A stretch of DNA of 63,608 nt, counting the filler, from Tricharina praecox (taxonomy: Eukaryota): the NCBI RefSeq assembly GCF_024521635.1. It is 3 parts of 3 records of this genome, joined end to end, with 100 filler letters (N's around TTAATTAATTAA, not from the genome) between each part and the next. Parts side by side here need not be neighbours in the genome. Positions count along the whole stretch, not along the records: positions 1 to 28,788 come from NW_026250468.1; positions 28,889 to 56,524 come from NW_026250469.1; 1 more part is not named here. One strand, written 5' to 3'. The notes under the pieces are model-generated. The model saw nothing but the letters and a program-made list of their open reading frames with translations. It was not told the origin of the DNA and ran no database searches. This document shows, piece after piece, positions 25,694 to 38,529 of the stretch (within the stretch, counting starts at the first letter, position 1; each line of letters starts with the position of its first letter). The position numbers and the translations under genes were made by a program.

Positions 25694-28647
25694 ATGAAGA
25701 AGTTCATCCCTCCACTCCTCACCCGGCGCGCTACGGCTTCAGTCGATGAGCCACCCGCGAAAAAAGCAAAGATCGGGTCGTCGGACGACAGCCCGCAATC
25801 AAGCTCATCTACGCCCACGGCAACCAGGCCGGGCATCAGGTTGACCTCCACGACTGCAAAGCGCAGGCCATTGCTCTCGGTCAAGAACCCTGTCGCCGCC
25901 AAACCGGCTTCAGCTTCCACATCGAGCACGGTCGCTACGCAGGGAACCGCCGGTGGTGGTACGGAGGACTATTACAATGTGCTCTGGTATGGCGGGAATC
26001 CCGTCCCGACTGCCCTAGATCCGCTGACATCTCCGTAGGCGCAAAAAGACAAACAAGAAACACAAGACCTTCGATGGCGACGGTGTCCTCTCGGTAGTGG
26101 GCGGCTACGCGACGCTGCAAGACTCGAGTGGCAAAGATCTCGGGAAAACGCTACTCAATAGAAAACTCGAGCTCGGAGACATTGTGTCGTTGGGTGGGAA
26201 AGAGGTGGAGATAGACTCGCTGCTCTCGAAAGCAGACTACCTTGCCGGAAGGCCTTTCCTTCGGGCTAGCAAGACTTCTACGGAAACCGAGTTTGTTCCT
26301 TCGACGATACCGTCCGCGATCAAGGGTTTCAAGGCACCATTGCTACATACCACTGTCATGCCAAAGAAGGCGAACTCGAAGGTTCCCACACCAAGACATG
26401 ACCCGGCGGCCGAGAATGCGTTGATAATGCCGAGGCCAAATGCGAAGTCCATTCCGGCCGGGAAGAAAATGGTGGACGTGGTAGTCGATCCGTATCTTTC
26501 GCAGTATTTGCGGCCACATCAGCGTGAGGGCGTTGAGTTTCTCTACCAGTGCATCATGGGAATGAAACCGTTCGAAGGCCGTGGAGCCATACTGGCCGAC
26601 GAGATGGGATTAGGAAAAACTTTGCAGACAATTGCGCTACTGTGGACCTTGATGAAGCAAAATCCCGTTTACGGAGACAGTCCCGTCGTAAAAAAGGCGC
26701 TGATCGTCTGCCCAGTCACTTTGATCAACAATTGGCGCAAGGAGTTCAAGAAATGGCTAGGAAATGAGCGGATAGGAGTGCTTGTGGTGGACTCCAAGAC
26801 TAATCTGCGGGATTTCATTGCGGGAAAGACGTATTCCGTTCTGGTGATCGGATATGAAAAGGCTGGTTAATTCGCAAGCAGTTGGCTTCACAGATGTACT
26901 AATTTTGTCTCAGTTACAAAAAGTCCACACTGAGCTCAAGAAGGCTAATATCGACATTGTGATTGCTGATGAGGGTTGGTATCCTGGTACTCCAGTAATT
27001 ATCTCATGCGTACACTAACACTACCTAGGACACCGTCTCAAGACGGAGAAAAACAAGGCAGCGCAAGCCATCAGAGCCTTGAATACACCGAGAAGAATCA
27101 TACTCAGTGGCACACCGTTGCAAAACGATCTCCATGAGTTTTTCATTATGGTGTTAGTATTCTCCCCCGACTGATGCGCATGGTGTAACTGACCGAGGTG
27201 GTGATAGTGATTTCGTCAATTCAGGTCTACTGGAAAGCTACGCCACGTTCCGCAAGGAGTTCGAGAATCCGATCGTAAAGAGTCGCCAACCAGGTGCCTC
27301 TAAGAAAGATGTCGAAAAAGGTAAAGCCCGTAGCGACGAGCTGGCCAGAATCACCGCAATGTTTGTTCTCCGTAGAACGGCAGAGATCCTTTCCAAGTAT
27401 CTGCCTCCCAAAAGTAAGTTGTCCATTCAATTCCAGTTTAATGATGCCAGTGGCTAACCAAACCAGAGGAATTTGTCATCTACTGCCGGCCGACATCCCG
27501 CCAACTGGAGGTATATCGCAACATTCTTAAGTCGTCTGCCTTCAACAAATGTCTCGGTAGTGCAGACAAGTCACTATTGTTGATCACGGTACTCAAGAAA
27601 CTCTGCAATACACCAGGGCTCCTGGTGTCCGGAGAGAAAGAACAGAGCGAAAACGTGAAGGCCCTACTTGCTGAAGTGGATCCGAGGCTCCTCGCATCTA
27701 GAAACGCATCGTCAAGTGGGAAGCTTCGAGTCCTAAACCGCCTCCTCGTCACGCTCAAAAACCACACCGAGGAAAAAATCGTCATCGTTTCCAATTACAC
27801 CAGCACCTTGGACGTCCTCCAAAACCTCCTCATCTCCCGCGGCCTCTCCTGGCTCCGTCTGGACGGTGGCACACCCAACGAGAAGCGCCAGCAACTAGTC
27901 GATAAATTCAACAATACAAACAGCAGCACATCCTTCGCTTTCCTCCTCTCTGCCAAAAGCGGCGGCGCAGGAATTAACCTAATCGGCGCCTCCCGCCTGG
28001 TCCTCTTCGACCTTGACTGGAACCCCGCCACAGACGCGCAAGCAATGGCGCGAATCCACCGCGACGGCCAAAAACACCCAGTATTCATCTACCGCCTCCT
28101 AACTACCGGCTGCTTCGACGAAAAAATCTTCCAGCGCCAAATCACCAAGCAAGGCCTAGCCGAGTCCGTCATGGACAACAAATCCGGCGCGTCAGCGTTC
28201 ACCCAGGCGGAGCTTAGAGACCTGTTCTCGCTTAACGAAACGACGGAATGCCAAACCCACGACCTCCTTGGCTGCGCCTGCGGCGGAAAGGGCTACACTA
28301 CTGACCCCATCGTCCCCGCGCTTACCGACAGCGACAGCGACGACGAACTCCTCTCACTGCCAGGGTTGATGAAGGCCTCCGCCGCGAGCGAGGACATCAT
28401 CTCTGGCCGCTCCGTAAAGCAGGCCGTGGAGAAGGAGGCGCTGGGTGCATTGATGGAGTATGATCACGTTGCGACCAAACTGCTGGAACCCCCGGAATCG
28501 AGCGATGATTGGACGCGAGAGCTGGATGAGGACGTGGATTCCATGCCATATAGGGATATTAGTGTGGAGGATGAGGTGCTCATGCGTGTCCTGTGTGAGA
28601 AGGCGAAGATGGAGGAGGTTAGTTTTGTTTTCCAGAAGTGCTTTTAA
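25694..28647 (+). CDS. RDH54: SNF2-family DNA translocase Rdh54/Rad54B, ~895 aa; exons 25694-25986, 26039-26861, 26914-26974, 27029-27152, 27208-27413, 27467-28647
   Basis: N-terminal YYNVLWRKKTNKKHKTFDGDG; LRPHQREGV, ADEMGLGKT, DEGH, SGTPLQND, LDWNPA.D.QAMARIHRDGQ; five 52-55 nt introns; total 2688 nt in frame. Confidence 0.93.
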
Positions 28648-28788
28648 CGGACCATAAACACAGTGGTGCGTGTTTACGCTGCTATAGATGGTATCTCGAT
28701 ATGTGTTATGTGTTATGTACTGTATATAGATGGGAATCTGGGGGGGATAAGAGGATAAACTGCTTAGAAGCATTAGATGGTTACATTT

Positions 28789-28888
28789 NNNNNNNNNNNN
28801 NNNNNNNNNNNNNNNNNNNNNNNNNNNNNNNNTTAATTAATTAANNNNNNNNNNNNNNNNNNNNNNNNNNNNNNNNNNNNNNNNNNNN
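28789..28888. other. Artificial contig linker N44-TTAATTAATTAA-N44
   Basis: Exactly 100 nt; the 12-mer places stops in all six frames; an identical copy occurs at 56525. Confidence 0.97.
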
Positions 28889-30157
28889 TTAACCAATGCA
28901 GCAGCTGCCAGCGCTTTGGATACCACTGGAAGTGAAGCCCGACAAACCCTCACAGTAGCTCCGGTGCCGGACGCCAGATGTCTGGACAGCACACATGCGC
29001 GTTCTCTGCTCATGACCAGGACAAAAAATGACCCCAAACAGTCCTCCTGTGGGCCAACTGCGAAGGCCCCCTGTGAGATTGGAACGGTGTTGGGACGTTG
29101 CAATCTTGATAGATATTGAATATACGGTAAAAGTCAAAGATTCTGACAATTCACAGCGGAGGAATCTTCAAGGGGTTTGTCCATAGTGTTCAGTGGTATG
29201 CTTCTGCTCGTGTTGGAATTTCTGTGACGAAATTCCAGTGACTTTGTAACCACTCCATGAACTGAGCATGTGATGAGGAAACTCTGTCATGGGGAACTCT
29301 GTGTGCGAATCCACCTTCACTCATGCTCTCCCGTAAGCCTTACGAAGAGTCTCTCTTGGAGTCCAGGCTCTAGAGCCGTCATCAGCTGTCGCATGGATAT
29401 CCGTCTCCGACAAGGCAAGAAGTGCTTACCACTTCTTACCCCAGCTTAGCTCAGAGTAAGCAGTACATATCTTCATGTCGGTACTGAGAAGTGGCCCGGC
29501 TCCACAAACTTCTGTTTGTCGATATATTGGTAATCGTGCGTCATAACAGGTTCCATGACCGGCGTTCCTTTCTACTGGCTTCCATGATGCACTTCCTCAG
29601 GCTGATCCGGCTGTATCGGACTTCACCGTGCATCGCCCATATTCCCGATTGCTCCCTAGACACTCCACCCTGTTCGCTCACTCCTGCCTAACCCATTTCT
29701 ATGCTATGACTATCTATTCCTGTGTTCCGATCACTTCCGAACATACAGCTCTTGCGGTGATTGCACGAGAGTCTATCGGGGTGTCACACCACCTTTCCTA
29801 ATTCAAACCTTTGGGCCATAGCGCCCCAGTCCTCGCCTTTATCCTATCCAGACACCATGGATGGAGTCCTCAAGCCCATACATCATACTATGGCTTGACC
29901 GTGAGAAAAACCACAAGGGAAAAAGTTGTAGTCCATGATGAGCCGATAAAGTTATGGAATGGCTTGTGAGTCCAGTCCCACGTATCGGGGTAGTTGAGGC
30001 AGTAGACGAGATAAAGCACACATCTGCCGCGTTTGGTGCTGCTGACAACCTCGTCAACATCATACTCCTCATTGGTTTTCACATTGCCGGCTTCTCGTAG
30101 AACTCTCAACAAATGGGGTGGGGTTCTTGTGGTCCAACTTCTAGGAAGGTCTTCGTG

Positions 30158-30847
30158 TGTGAGACTGGAACGAGTTCGGGTCGTCGGAGTCTATGGTATT
30201 ATCGAGTATAGAATAAAAGTCAGGGATTTCGATAATTCACAACGGAATAATCTCAAGGGTGTTTCTTCGATGGTTTGTTAGGTGCGATGATTGTGTGTCG
30301 GTTTGGTTGCCCGCTCGGTTCGACTTATAGCCGCCCCGATCATCGGCACGTGATACCCCTAGAGTGCGGCCTGATGTAGCTCGGTTGCTTCCTTTGCATC
30401 AGAGTTCCGTGGCCTAGCCTTGAGTCGTCGTCAGCTCTCCCTGGATAGTCTTCTCGACTAGGCAGGTGGTAAACACCACGCGCCCAAGCTAGATCGGAGT
30501 TCCCGAGCAATTATCTTTCTCATGCGCCGGCAGAGTTCTTCGCTCGAAGTTCTCTGCCCCCACAGGTCGATGTTGGATTCTCTCGTCATAACAGTTTTTC
30601 CCTGGATCAGCGTTCCTACTGCGGGGCCCTATGAACGGAGATCACAAAGTCCTCTGATCTGTTACGCCGCTCACCCGCATCTCCGATGACTGTCGAGACT
30701 CTGGAATCCGTTTGCTTTCTTCTTCCTATCTTGTCCTTGATCGCTTCTAACTATCCCTTCGGCTCGCAACTCTATTCTAATCACCCGAACTATCTAATAG
30801 CATCTCTTGCGACCGTCGTGACCTCCGATACCTATCGGGGTGTCACA
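30158..30847 (-). mobile_element. Solo LTR, family A (690 bp), TSD TCGTG
   Basis: TGTGA...TCACA ends; reverse complement of the 49292 LTR; TCGTG at 30153-30157 and 30848-30852. Confidence 0.95.
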
Positions 30848-33551
30848 TCGTGTCTGAATATTCCTTCCATTCAGCATTACCAAGTCTCCAACTTGATCAG
30901 CTGGTGCCTCCTGACGGTGAGTGTCAGTATACTTGCGCATTCGTTCCTGGGCTTTAGTAAGGGATTTTGGGTTTCCTTGTGAATGGTGTGCATCCTGTGC
31001 GCATTGGTGATGTTGGCAGAATTCAGCGTTTTGACTGCTGCAGGATTGGTGGCCGTAGGGTGGAAACCGTAGTTCGCATAGAAGGACGTGATTCCCGTAG
31101 CGGGAGTAGTGTAGTTGTTATATAGTAACTGTGCCAATTGGTGGCAGGCGGACCCAGCTGTCTCCGTGTGGTTCACAAAGCAGTGTATGTAAGCTTCAAT
31201 GGTTTGATTCAGGTGTTCGGTTTCTCCATCGCTCTGGGGATGGAATTCTGTTGATATGCGGGGCCGGATCCACAACAGCTCGATGAACTCCTCACAGGTT
31301 CCTGATGTGAACCGTCAATCCCTACCGGATAAAATATCTGAGGGTATCCCATGGAGGCGCCATATCTCAAGCGCAAAGATTTTCGAGACGTCTGCTGATA
31401 TTTTTCATTCTTTGGGTAGGGGGATGAAGTGTGCCATCTTGGTGTATCTGTCCACCGCCACCCACAGCTGGCCGCACTCTTCGGATAGTGGTAGGCCGGT
31501 GATGAAGTCCATCGCAATTGACTCCCATACAGTGTGTGGTAACTCGAGGGGGTTAAGCAGTCCGTAGGGTAGTTGGCGAGCTGTCTTGATCTTCTCACAT
31601 GCCTCGCAGCTGTGAACGAAGTCTATGATCTGTTCGTCTATCCTTGGCCACCACAAGTTGCGACGGATGAACTCAATTGTCTTCTCTTGCCGCATGTGAC
31701 CAGCCACTTTAGTATCTTGTTCTGATTTCATGGTCCGCCTAGCAAGTTCTTGAGTGTCTGGTACCCACAATCTGTCCTTCCTGCAGAGACACCCTTCTTT
31801 CATCCATAAGATTCCAGCCTTGCGGCTCGTCCGTTCAGGGTTCCTTCCTGGGCGAGCTTCCTCCTCGACCATCCGCCCGTTTTGTTCGTATTCCGGATAA
31901 ACAGCTTCCTGATTTGTTTCCTCGACAGTTTCCAGGGCCTCCTGATACAGAGTGTACTTTGTTTCCTCCTTCCTGACCTCTTCCAAAGATTCATCCGACC
32001 ATTTCCTTGTGGGGACAGAGTGCAGTGTAGCTGATGAAACCAAGAACACTGCGCCTTCTCCCCACAAACTGATTAAGGAAGCTGTCGTTTCTTTTTCTGC
32101 AATGTGGAATTGATGCAGGATCGTCTTGATTAGCTGATCTTCACCCCACCCCCATTTGAGGGCGATACTGCGAGCGCCTAGACAGAGCGTCTACTTTGCC
32201 GTTTTGGAGTCAATATTGGCAAGTTCTTGGGCCCAGCGTGCGTGGTGACAATGGAGGATTTTCGTGGTAGTGAAGTACTCAATGTTCTGGTGACCGCTCC
32301 ACACCTGCAACTGGTGGATTGTTCCCTCGTGGTAGTGTCTCCAGCGTTTGAACATGTCCACAGCAGCCACTAGCTCTTTGTCATGAATCCCGTAGTGCAT
32401 CGCTGCTGGGGCAAATTTCCTCGAGTGGAATGCAATCGGGTGGAGCTTGGATCCGGATCCTTTCTGCGGCATGACCGATCCGAGCGCAAAGTCCAAATTG
32501 TCAGTCTCAACTGTGACTGGTACTTCTGGGTCTAAGTACGCTAGGATGGGTGCTGTGGTGAACCTGAGCTTCGGTTCCTCGGACGCCAGCTCCATCTCCA
32601 GCTTCCACTTTCACTCTTTCTGCTTGCCCGATGTCACATACCCATGGAATTCGACACGGTTTGTTGACCACACACATTTATGCATGCAGATTGCCAGCTT
32701 GTGCTCCTCGAGCCGCTGCAATACCTCGGTGACTGTGCATCTGTGCTCCTCTTGCGTTGCAGCATACATGAGAAGCTCATCACTGTACGCAACGAGGCCG
32801 ACGTCCACCATGTCGCGGAAGATGTTGTTGATCATGTCCTGGAAGGTTGCTAGTGCGTTGGTCAGCCCAAAGGGCATCAAAAAAAATTCAAAGAGACCGT
32901 AACGACATCGGAACGCAGTCTTTCATTCATTGCCTTCCTTGATGCGGACCAAATGGTACCCATTGTTCAAGTCAATTTTTGTGAACACTCTCGGCTCCTA
33001 GTACACCGGATTGCAACTCGGCCATGATGGGGACTGGGTAGCCGTTAGCAACCGTTATCTTATTGTTCCGGCGATAGTCTAGGAACAGAAAGAGCGCTCT
33101 CCCATCGGCCCTGGGTACAAACAGGATGGGTGCGCCTGCACAAGACTTTGAATGGCGGATCTTGCAGGTTCTGAGCATTCATTTCCGCTACTCCCTGAGG
33201 GCTTCAAGTTTTTTCGCAGAGAGGGTGTGAATCAGGCCACACAGTGGCAAACCTTCTTGTTTCAGACTGATTGCTTGATCATAGGGCTTGTGATCCGGCA
33301 ATTTCTCTGCAGCTTCCTGTCCCGTGAAGCCAGTAAATTTTCTCAATTGCTGAGGTGACACGACCAGTGGGTCTTCCGAAGTTACGTCTGTTGAGACGCT
33401 GCCGATAATGCGAGCTTCGGAGTGGTGAACAATAGAGGTGTGAAGTTCAACCGGCAACCTCATTGCTTGGTGCAGCGTGCATGGTTCCTTGCTCCTTGTG
33501 CTGTGAAATCGAATGCTGCTGCCTTTGTTGATCCACATCCCGGACGGTTGA

Positions 33552-35074
33552 TGTGAGACTGGAACGATTTTGGTCGTAGGAGTCGATTGATAGAATAAGA
33601 TAAAGATGAGGAGAGATACTATTCTTTTCTTTCACAAACGGAATAATCTTAAGGGGTAGTGTCGATGGTTTTCTTGCTGCTGATTCCGATGATCAATCTT
33701 TCGCCGTGTCGTCGGAAGTCTATATAGTTGGGTGAATTGGTCGATTCACGTGCCAGCCGCTGCCGAAGGTTGCTGGGGCATTGAAACCCCGGCGTGCAAT
33801 CTCCGCACGTGGTGCGGAGACTTTTCCGCCATGACATCAGAGTCGTCGTAAGCCTTGAGGATTGTCTATACAAACTAGGCAGGTTTGGCGTACCAATCCT
33901 TACCCGAGCATAGTCCGGTTTCAGCTATCTCTTCGCTGGGCAACGGCTGCGCCATTCGGCACGGCTCTTATTTGTTTAAGACGCGAGAAGAGGGGCAACA
34001 CTTGTCATAGTGGTTTTTCTCTGAACAGAGTTTTCTCTGCGCTTGCTCGTGATTCGGCTGCCTCACGTCAAGCATGACTGTATCAGACCTTCGTGCGTAT
34101 TGCTGCGCGTCTGATCCCACCTAGACACTGGTCCCGTTTGCTTCCTTCCTTCCTATCTTGTCTCTGACTAGCTACGACTAATCTCAAGCTTCCTTTCTTC
34201 TGCTCTCCAATCTTATCTAATTATTTTCCCCGAACTTCTGTTGGTAAGAGGTCGGACCCCAAAGTCGGGCCGACTACAACCAGGGTGTCACACCGAACCC
34301 GAGAAAAACGAACTGGATTCGAGAAGACGTACAACCCCTACGTCCGTGCCCAAGCCAAGAAACGGAAACCGACTGATAGTGGAGATGATGTTACACTGGG
34401 GCAACAAACAACAATGCAGAATGCGAGTGTTACTAGACACTGGCTGTTCTACCCCCCTCCTGGACTCCTCCCTATCGTCACGGTTACAGATTCCCCGGCA
34501 GAAGCACAAACAAGCCGTCAGCTTGCGTGGCTTTACCGCCGAACCCATCAAAGAAGGCGGCCAATATTATACAATGCCCCTTCTCCTCCAACACCGGAAC
34601 CACTACTCCCAAGAAGTCTTCCAGATGACCTCCTTCGAACGTGGAGTGGACCTGCTCCTCCCCTTCTGGTGAATAGCGAAGCACGCCCCACAAGGTGCTT
34701 GGTACACCCCTGAACTCCGCTTCAAGAGCCCCTCCTGTTTAAAGAACTGCACTAAACACGCAGTAACGGAGTTTCCCCTAAGCTATGACCCGGAGATTGC
34801 AGACAATTCGGACGCCAGGGTAATAGGATACGTCACGGCCGTTGAGCTGGCGATGGACCCCTTGGAACAGGTACCAGAAGAGTTCCGCGACTTTCTTGAT
34901 ATCATGAGAAAAGAAGCCGCAGATGCACTTCCGGAACATCTCGTCTCTGACTAGCTATGACTAATCTAAAGGTTCCTTTCTCCTGCTCTCTGATCTATCT
35001 AACTATTTTTCCTGAACTCCCGTTGGTAAGAAGTCGGACCCCGAAGTCGGGCCGGCTACAACCAGCGTGTCACA
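33552..35074 (-). mobile_element. Composite insertion: full LTR-B (33552-34292), inverted protease fragment (34293-34940), partial LTR-B (~34941-35074); TSD GTTGA
   Basis: GTTGA at 33547-33551 and 35075-35079; the host protease frame (AKHQ|PSGMW) is continuous across the insertion; the middle part encodes LLDTGC on the + strand. Confidence 0.85.
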
Positions 35075-35891
35075 GTTGATGTTTCGCCAATCACTGATAG
35101 GGAAGGTACACATCACAATGGTCAAATGGAGCAATGTCGAAAGTTTTGGTGGAGTAATGCTTTCGCTGCTGGAGAAGCATTGGCATCGAGTCGTATTCGC
35201 CAGCACCTTTGACAATGGTTCCATAGAAGTGCTTGATCTCTTTTGGTCTGGGACGCTGGGTGAGAGGCAGTCCCAACATCTTCGCAAGACCTCCATCGAT
35301 GATTGGAATGGTGCATCCTGTATCCCGTAGCACACTGATTAGGTGTTGTTTACCCTCGAACCACAGATGTAGCATGTCTATGATATGCCGTGGTACGATG
35401 CCGGGGGTAGGGGGCTAGCACCCAGCTGCGCCCAGCGCGGTTGGACTGGTAGAAATAGGTGGGACGGTCTGTCTTCACTTATTCCTGGTACCACTGGTTG
35501 ATTACTGAGACCGTGGTCATTTCTTTCCGTCAACATACACCTGTGGCCGCCCAACCCGTGGTCTGTTGGGGACCACTAAGAATTCTCCAACAGACTCTGA
35601 ACTCTCTACCCAGAACTGAGGAGCTGTTGGGGTTGGTAACACAGAACGTCTAAACGCCTCGGTTTGCGGGTGTCAGGGCCTCAGCCATGATGTGGAGAAA
35701 TCATTGTGCTTCGTCCTTATTATTTGCATCTCCGTGGAGAGCGAACCGGCCTCCGCAGCAAAGAGACAGGGGTCTTCTAGGAGAGTCATCGCCGTCAGAG
35801 GATTTGTGATCCCAGTGGTCACCTCCGAGGTCAGCAGCTGCATATCTCGGACGTGGGGCAGGGGGAATCGTTCCTCAACTACCGGGATTGA

Positions 35892-36452
35892 TGTAACGGC
35901 ACGGTCGGGCAAGGCTCCAGGTAGCGAAGTCGGGCTGGCGATCGGGTTCTGGGTTCGGTAGAGGCAAGACGGGTTCAGGGGACAAGGTGAGGCAGGGCTC
36001 AGTGCAGACGGCAACTGAGAACAGCGGTAGGGACAAGGACTACGGTTCAGATGGCAGCCGATGGCAAGGACAGAGATAGCAGTTGTTGGATTGATAAGTT
36101 GTTCCTTGAAGAACTGAATACAGCGGGGCAACGGCCCGTTTATATAGAAAATCCTCCACTGCTTCCCGCAACCTGACAATGACCCTGGGCGTGTGCCAGA
36201 CCCTGAGAAATCCGCCTTGCCAGTACCCCCGCTTCCAAGACTCATACCCTGCGCAGCCGCACTACCCCTGCTTCCTGCACACAGCCCCAATCTCCTGCGA
36301 CTCATTACTGCGCTATCCCTGCTCCCTGCACACAGCCCCCAATCCTCTGCGACTCATCCTTGCACTGCCGGTGCACTGCCTCTGCATTGCCCCCCAACTC
36401 TCCCGATCCTTGTGTCGACCCTCCCTTCGTCATTCCGTCGCGAGCCGTGACA
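35892..36452 (-). mobile_element. Solo LTR, family C (561 bp), TSD ATTGA
   Basis: TG...CA ends; ATTGA at 35887-35891 and 36453-36457; homologous to 39898-40450; TATATAAA on the minus strand. Confidence 0.92.
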
Positions 36453-36654
36453 ATTGATCGCTGGACCATCAGCAGATGCGCGCAATCCTTCAAATCTTGA
36501 ACTCTCTCTTGCGCCTGTGCGGACTCATTCGGGAACCTTCTCTTTGTGTTTACCTGCATGGATCTCTACCTGCTTCAACGTTTCAGCATTTTCCTTCACA
36601 TGCCTCTTCAATTCCTCCTGTTACTTGTGGAGCTCTTCTCTCCTTCTCACCTGC

Positions 36655-37430
36655 TGTGACGGGGGCTCCTCCTGAGCGGCCGACAGGTACCCTCACTAAA
36701 CTCAGAGTAGACTTTTCGTACTAACTGAAGATATCGTGAGTAACTATTTACTCAGACACTTAGAAGAATCTTAAGGTCTTCGCTATCGAGGTAGAGATGG
36801 TTGCTATTGTGCTCTGGAATTATTGCGGGCCAGCGACCGTATTCTTTGTACATTCATTTCTCGTCTCGAGAACTTAATTCTATCACCTACAAACAGCTGA
36901 CAGCACCGCGCGACGACACAACGTTTCGCTAAGATTCCCGGCGATCGCATGATACTTTCTTATCGCCAACCCGATAACTCCGGAAAGTGTTGACGTCACT
37001 GGGATTTGGGCCTGCAACCTTCTGCAGGTTACGCGGACCAACTTCCTAATGAAGACTCACTAAACGCTATACTATGACAGACTTATTGATATCTGTCTTA
37101 ATTTCTATGTTACTTATGTGGGTAGGTGGTTACGCGTACTCTAGGCGTTTGCACCCACACCACCTCTTGATTTCTAAAGTTCTGCACTTGTTCACTCGCT
37201 ACAGCGACATGCGTGCGCGGCCAACTCCTACACCACTTGGTGCGGGGGCCCTTCGGGATCCTCTGACCGCCCGGCGTCCCGAGTGGCCTTGATCCGTAGC
37301 ACGTAGTCTTGTAATGCACAGGTTCTCCGTGTTGCTGATTCGGCTGCAGCCGACTCTCAGTACAGGGAAACGTGTTGCATTGTCTGCCTAGTAAACCTGC
37401 CCTTACTAACTATCTGACACATCCGTGACA
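36655..37430 (-). mobile_element. Solo LTR, family D (776 bp), TSD CCTGC
   Basis: TGTGACGG...CCGTGACA ends; CCTGC at 36650-36654 and 37431-37435; interrupts the host gag; orientation inferred from the CCTTAAGATT motif. Confidence 0.85.
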
Positions 37431-38529
37431 CCTGCTGTCAAACCCATACCTCGGTGCTGCGATTGTATTGTTGCTTGTTCTTTCTCAGCTCCGCCTGGTC
37501 TGATTAGAGAGAGATAATCTCGCTTTGTAGTTGCACGTGGGCTGTGCTGGTGTTCTGTTGCCGCATCTCGTGCTGCTTGCTGCGCTCCGTGATTACTGCC
37601 CACACATCGCTGTTTAAGGCTTGGATGGTGTAGGCGGCGTTTGCGAGTTGAGTACGGAGGCTTTCAGGAGCAACTTCGTTTTTTGCCGTTTGTTGTGTTT
37701 GGAGATACTTCACAGCGTGGCAAAGCTGGTCGTAGTGGCGTACGGTGTGTCTCATCCGGCTGTCGTCGCGGTTGGAGACTTGATCGCGTGCCGCGCACAT
37801 GTAGCGGAGGCCGCGCTGCGCAAGATGGTATTGTTGCAGTATCATTCTCAATCAGGCAGAGGGCTTTGCGATTTTGATCGCCGCGCCAGCCCTGTCTGTG
37901 GTTGTGATTACCGCGTTCAGCGTCTGGGAGTATTCGCGGCGAAGTCTGTCGACGTTGGATGCTGACACAGTAGTTTCTTGTTGCGAAACCGGCAACTTAT
38001 AACTCCTAAAATTATGGTGTGAGACTGGAACCGTTTTCTGAAGTCGGAGTTTTTGGTAGATATCCACTATAGAATGAAAATCAGACATTTTGATAAACAA
38101 TCGGAAAGGGCTCGCTGGCAGTGTTCAGTGATCTGGTTGCGCTGGTGTTGGGATTCCCGTGACGATAGTCCAGTGACTATATGTAGTCTACCCGTACACG
38201 TTAGCATGTGAGAGGAAAACTGTGTTGCAGTGAACACTGCTGCAAACGACCTTTCTGAGTCCTGCTCTGACCTGAGCGCTACCAAGAGTCACGCACTGAA
38301 ACTAGGCTCAAGAATTGTCGTACGCTCGCTGGGATAGCTGTGCTGACTAGCATAGTACAGCTTACCACGGCCTACCGGAGCGTAGCTCAGAGTAAGCAGT
38401 ACATGCCTTCCTGTCGGCACTGACAACCTGCCTGGTTCTACAGGTTTTCCTTTGTCGATACATTGATAATTCCGCGTGATAACAGGTTCCATGATTGACT
38501 TTCCTTGCTACGGGGTTCCACGATCCACT

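Larger units (their letters stand above)
29072..38510 (-). mobile_element. Old degenerate Ty3/Gypsy chromovirus related to family A; 3' LTR 29072-29788, truncated 5' LTR 38018 to ~38510; carries four later insertions
   Basis: Broken gag (37431-37970), protease (LRDTGC), RT (MPFGLTNA), RNase H, integrase (VAGHM..CEAC, HPQSDGETE) and chromodomain (EEYDVDEV); purine tract next to the 3' LTR. The two LTRs align but are strongly diverged, so this may be a chimera of two copies. Confidence 0.85.

Noticed and set aside
28789..28888. TTAATTAATTAA as a piggyBac-like target or biological motif; RDH54 next to the transposon island
   Set aside because: It is centred in a fixed N44 spacer and repeated at 56525, so it is a synthetic joiner and cross-gap adjacency cannot be trusted.
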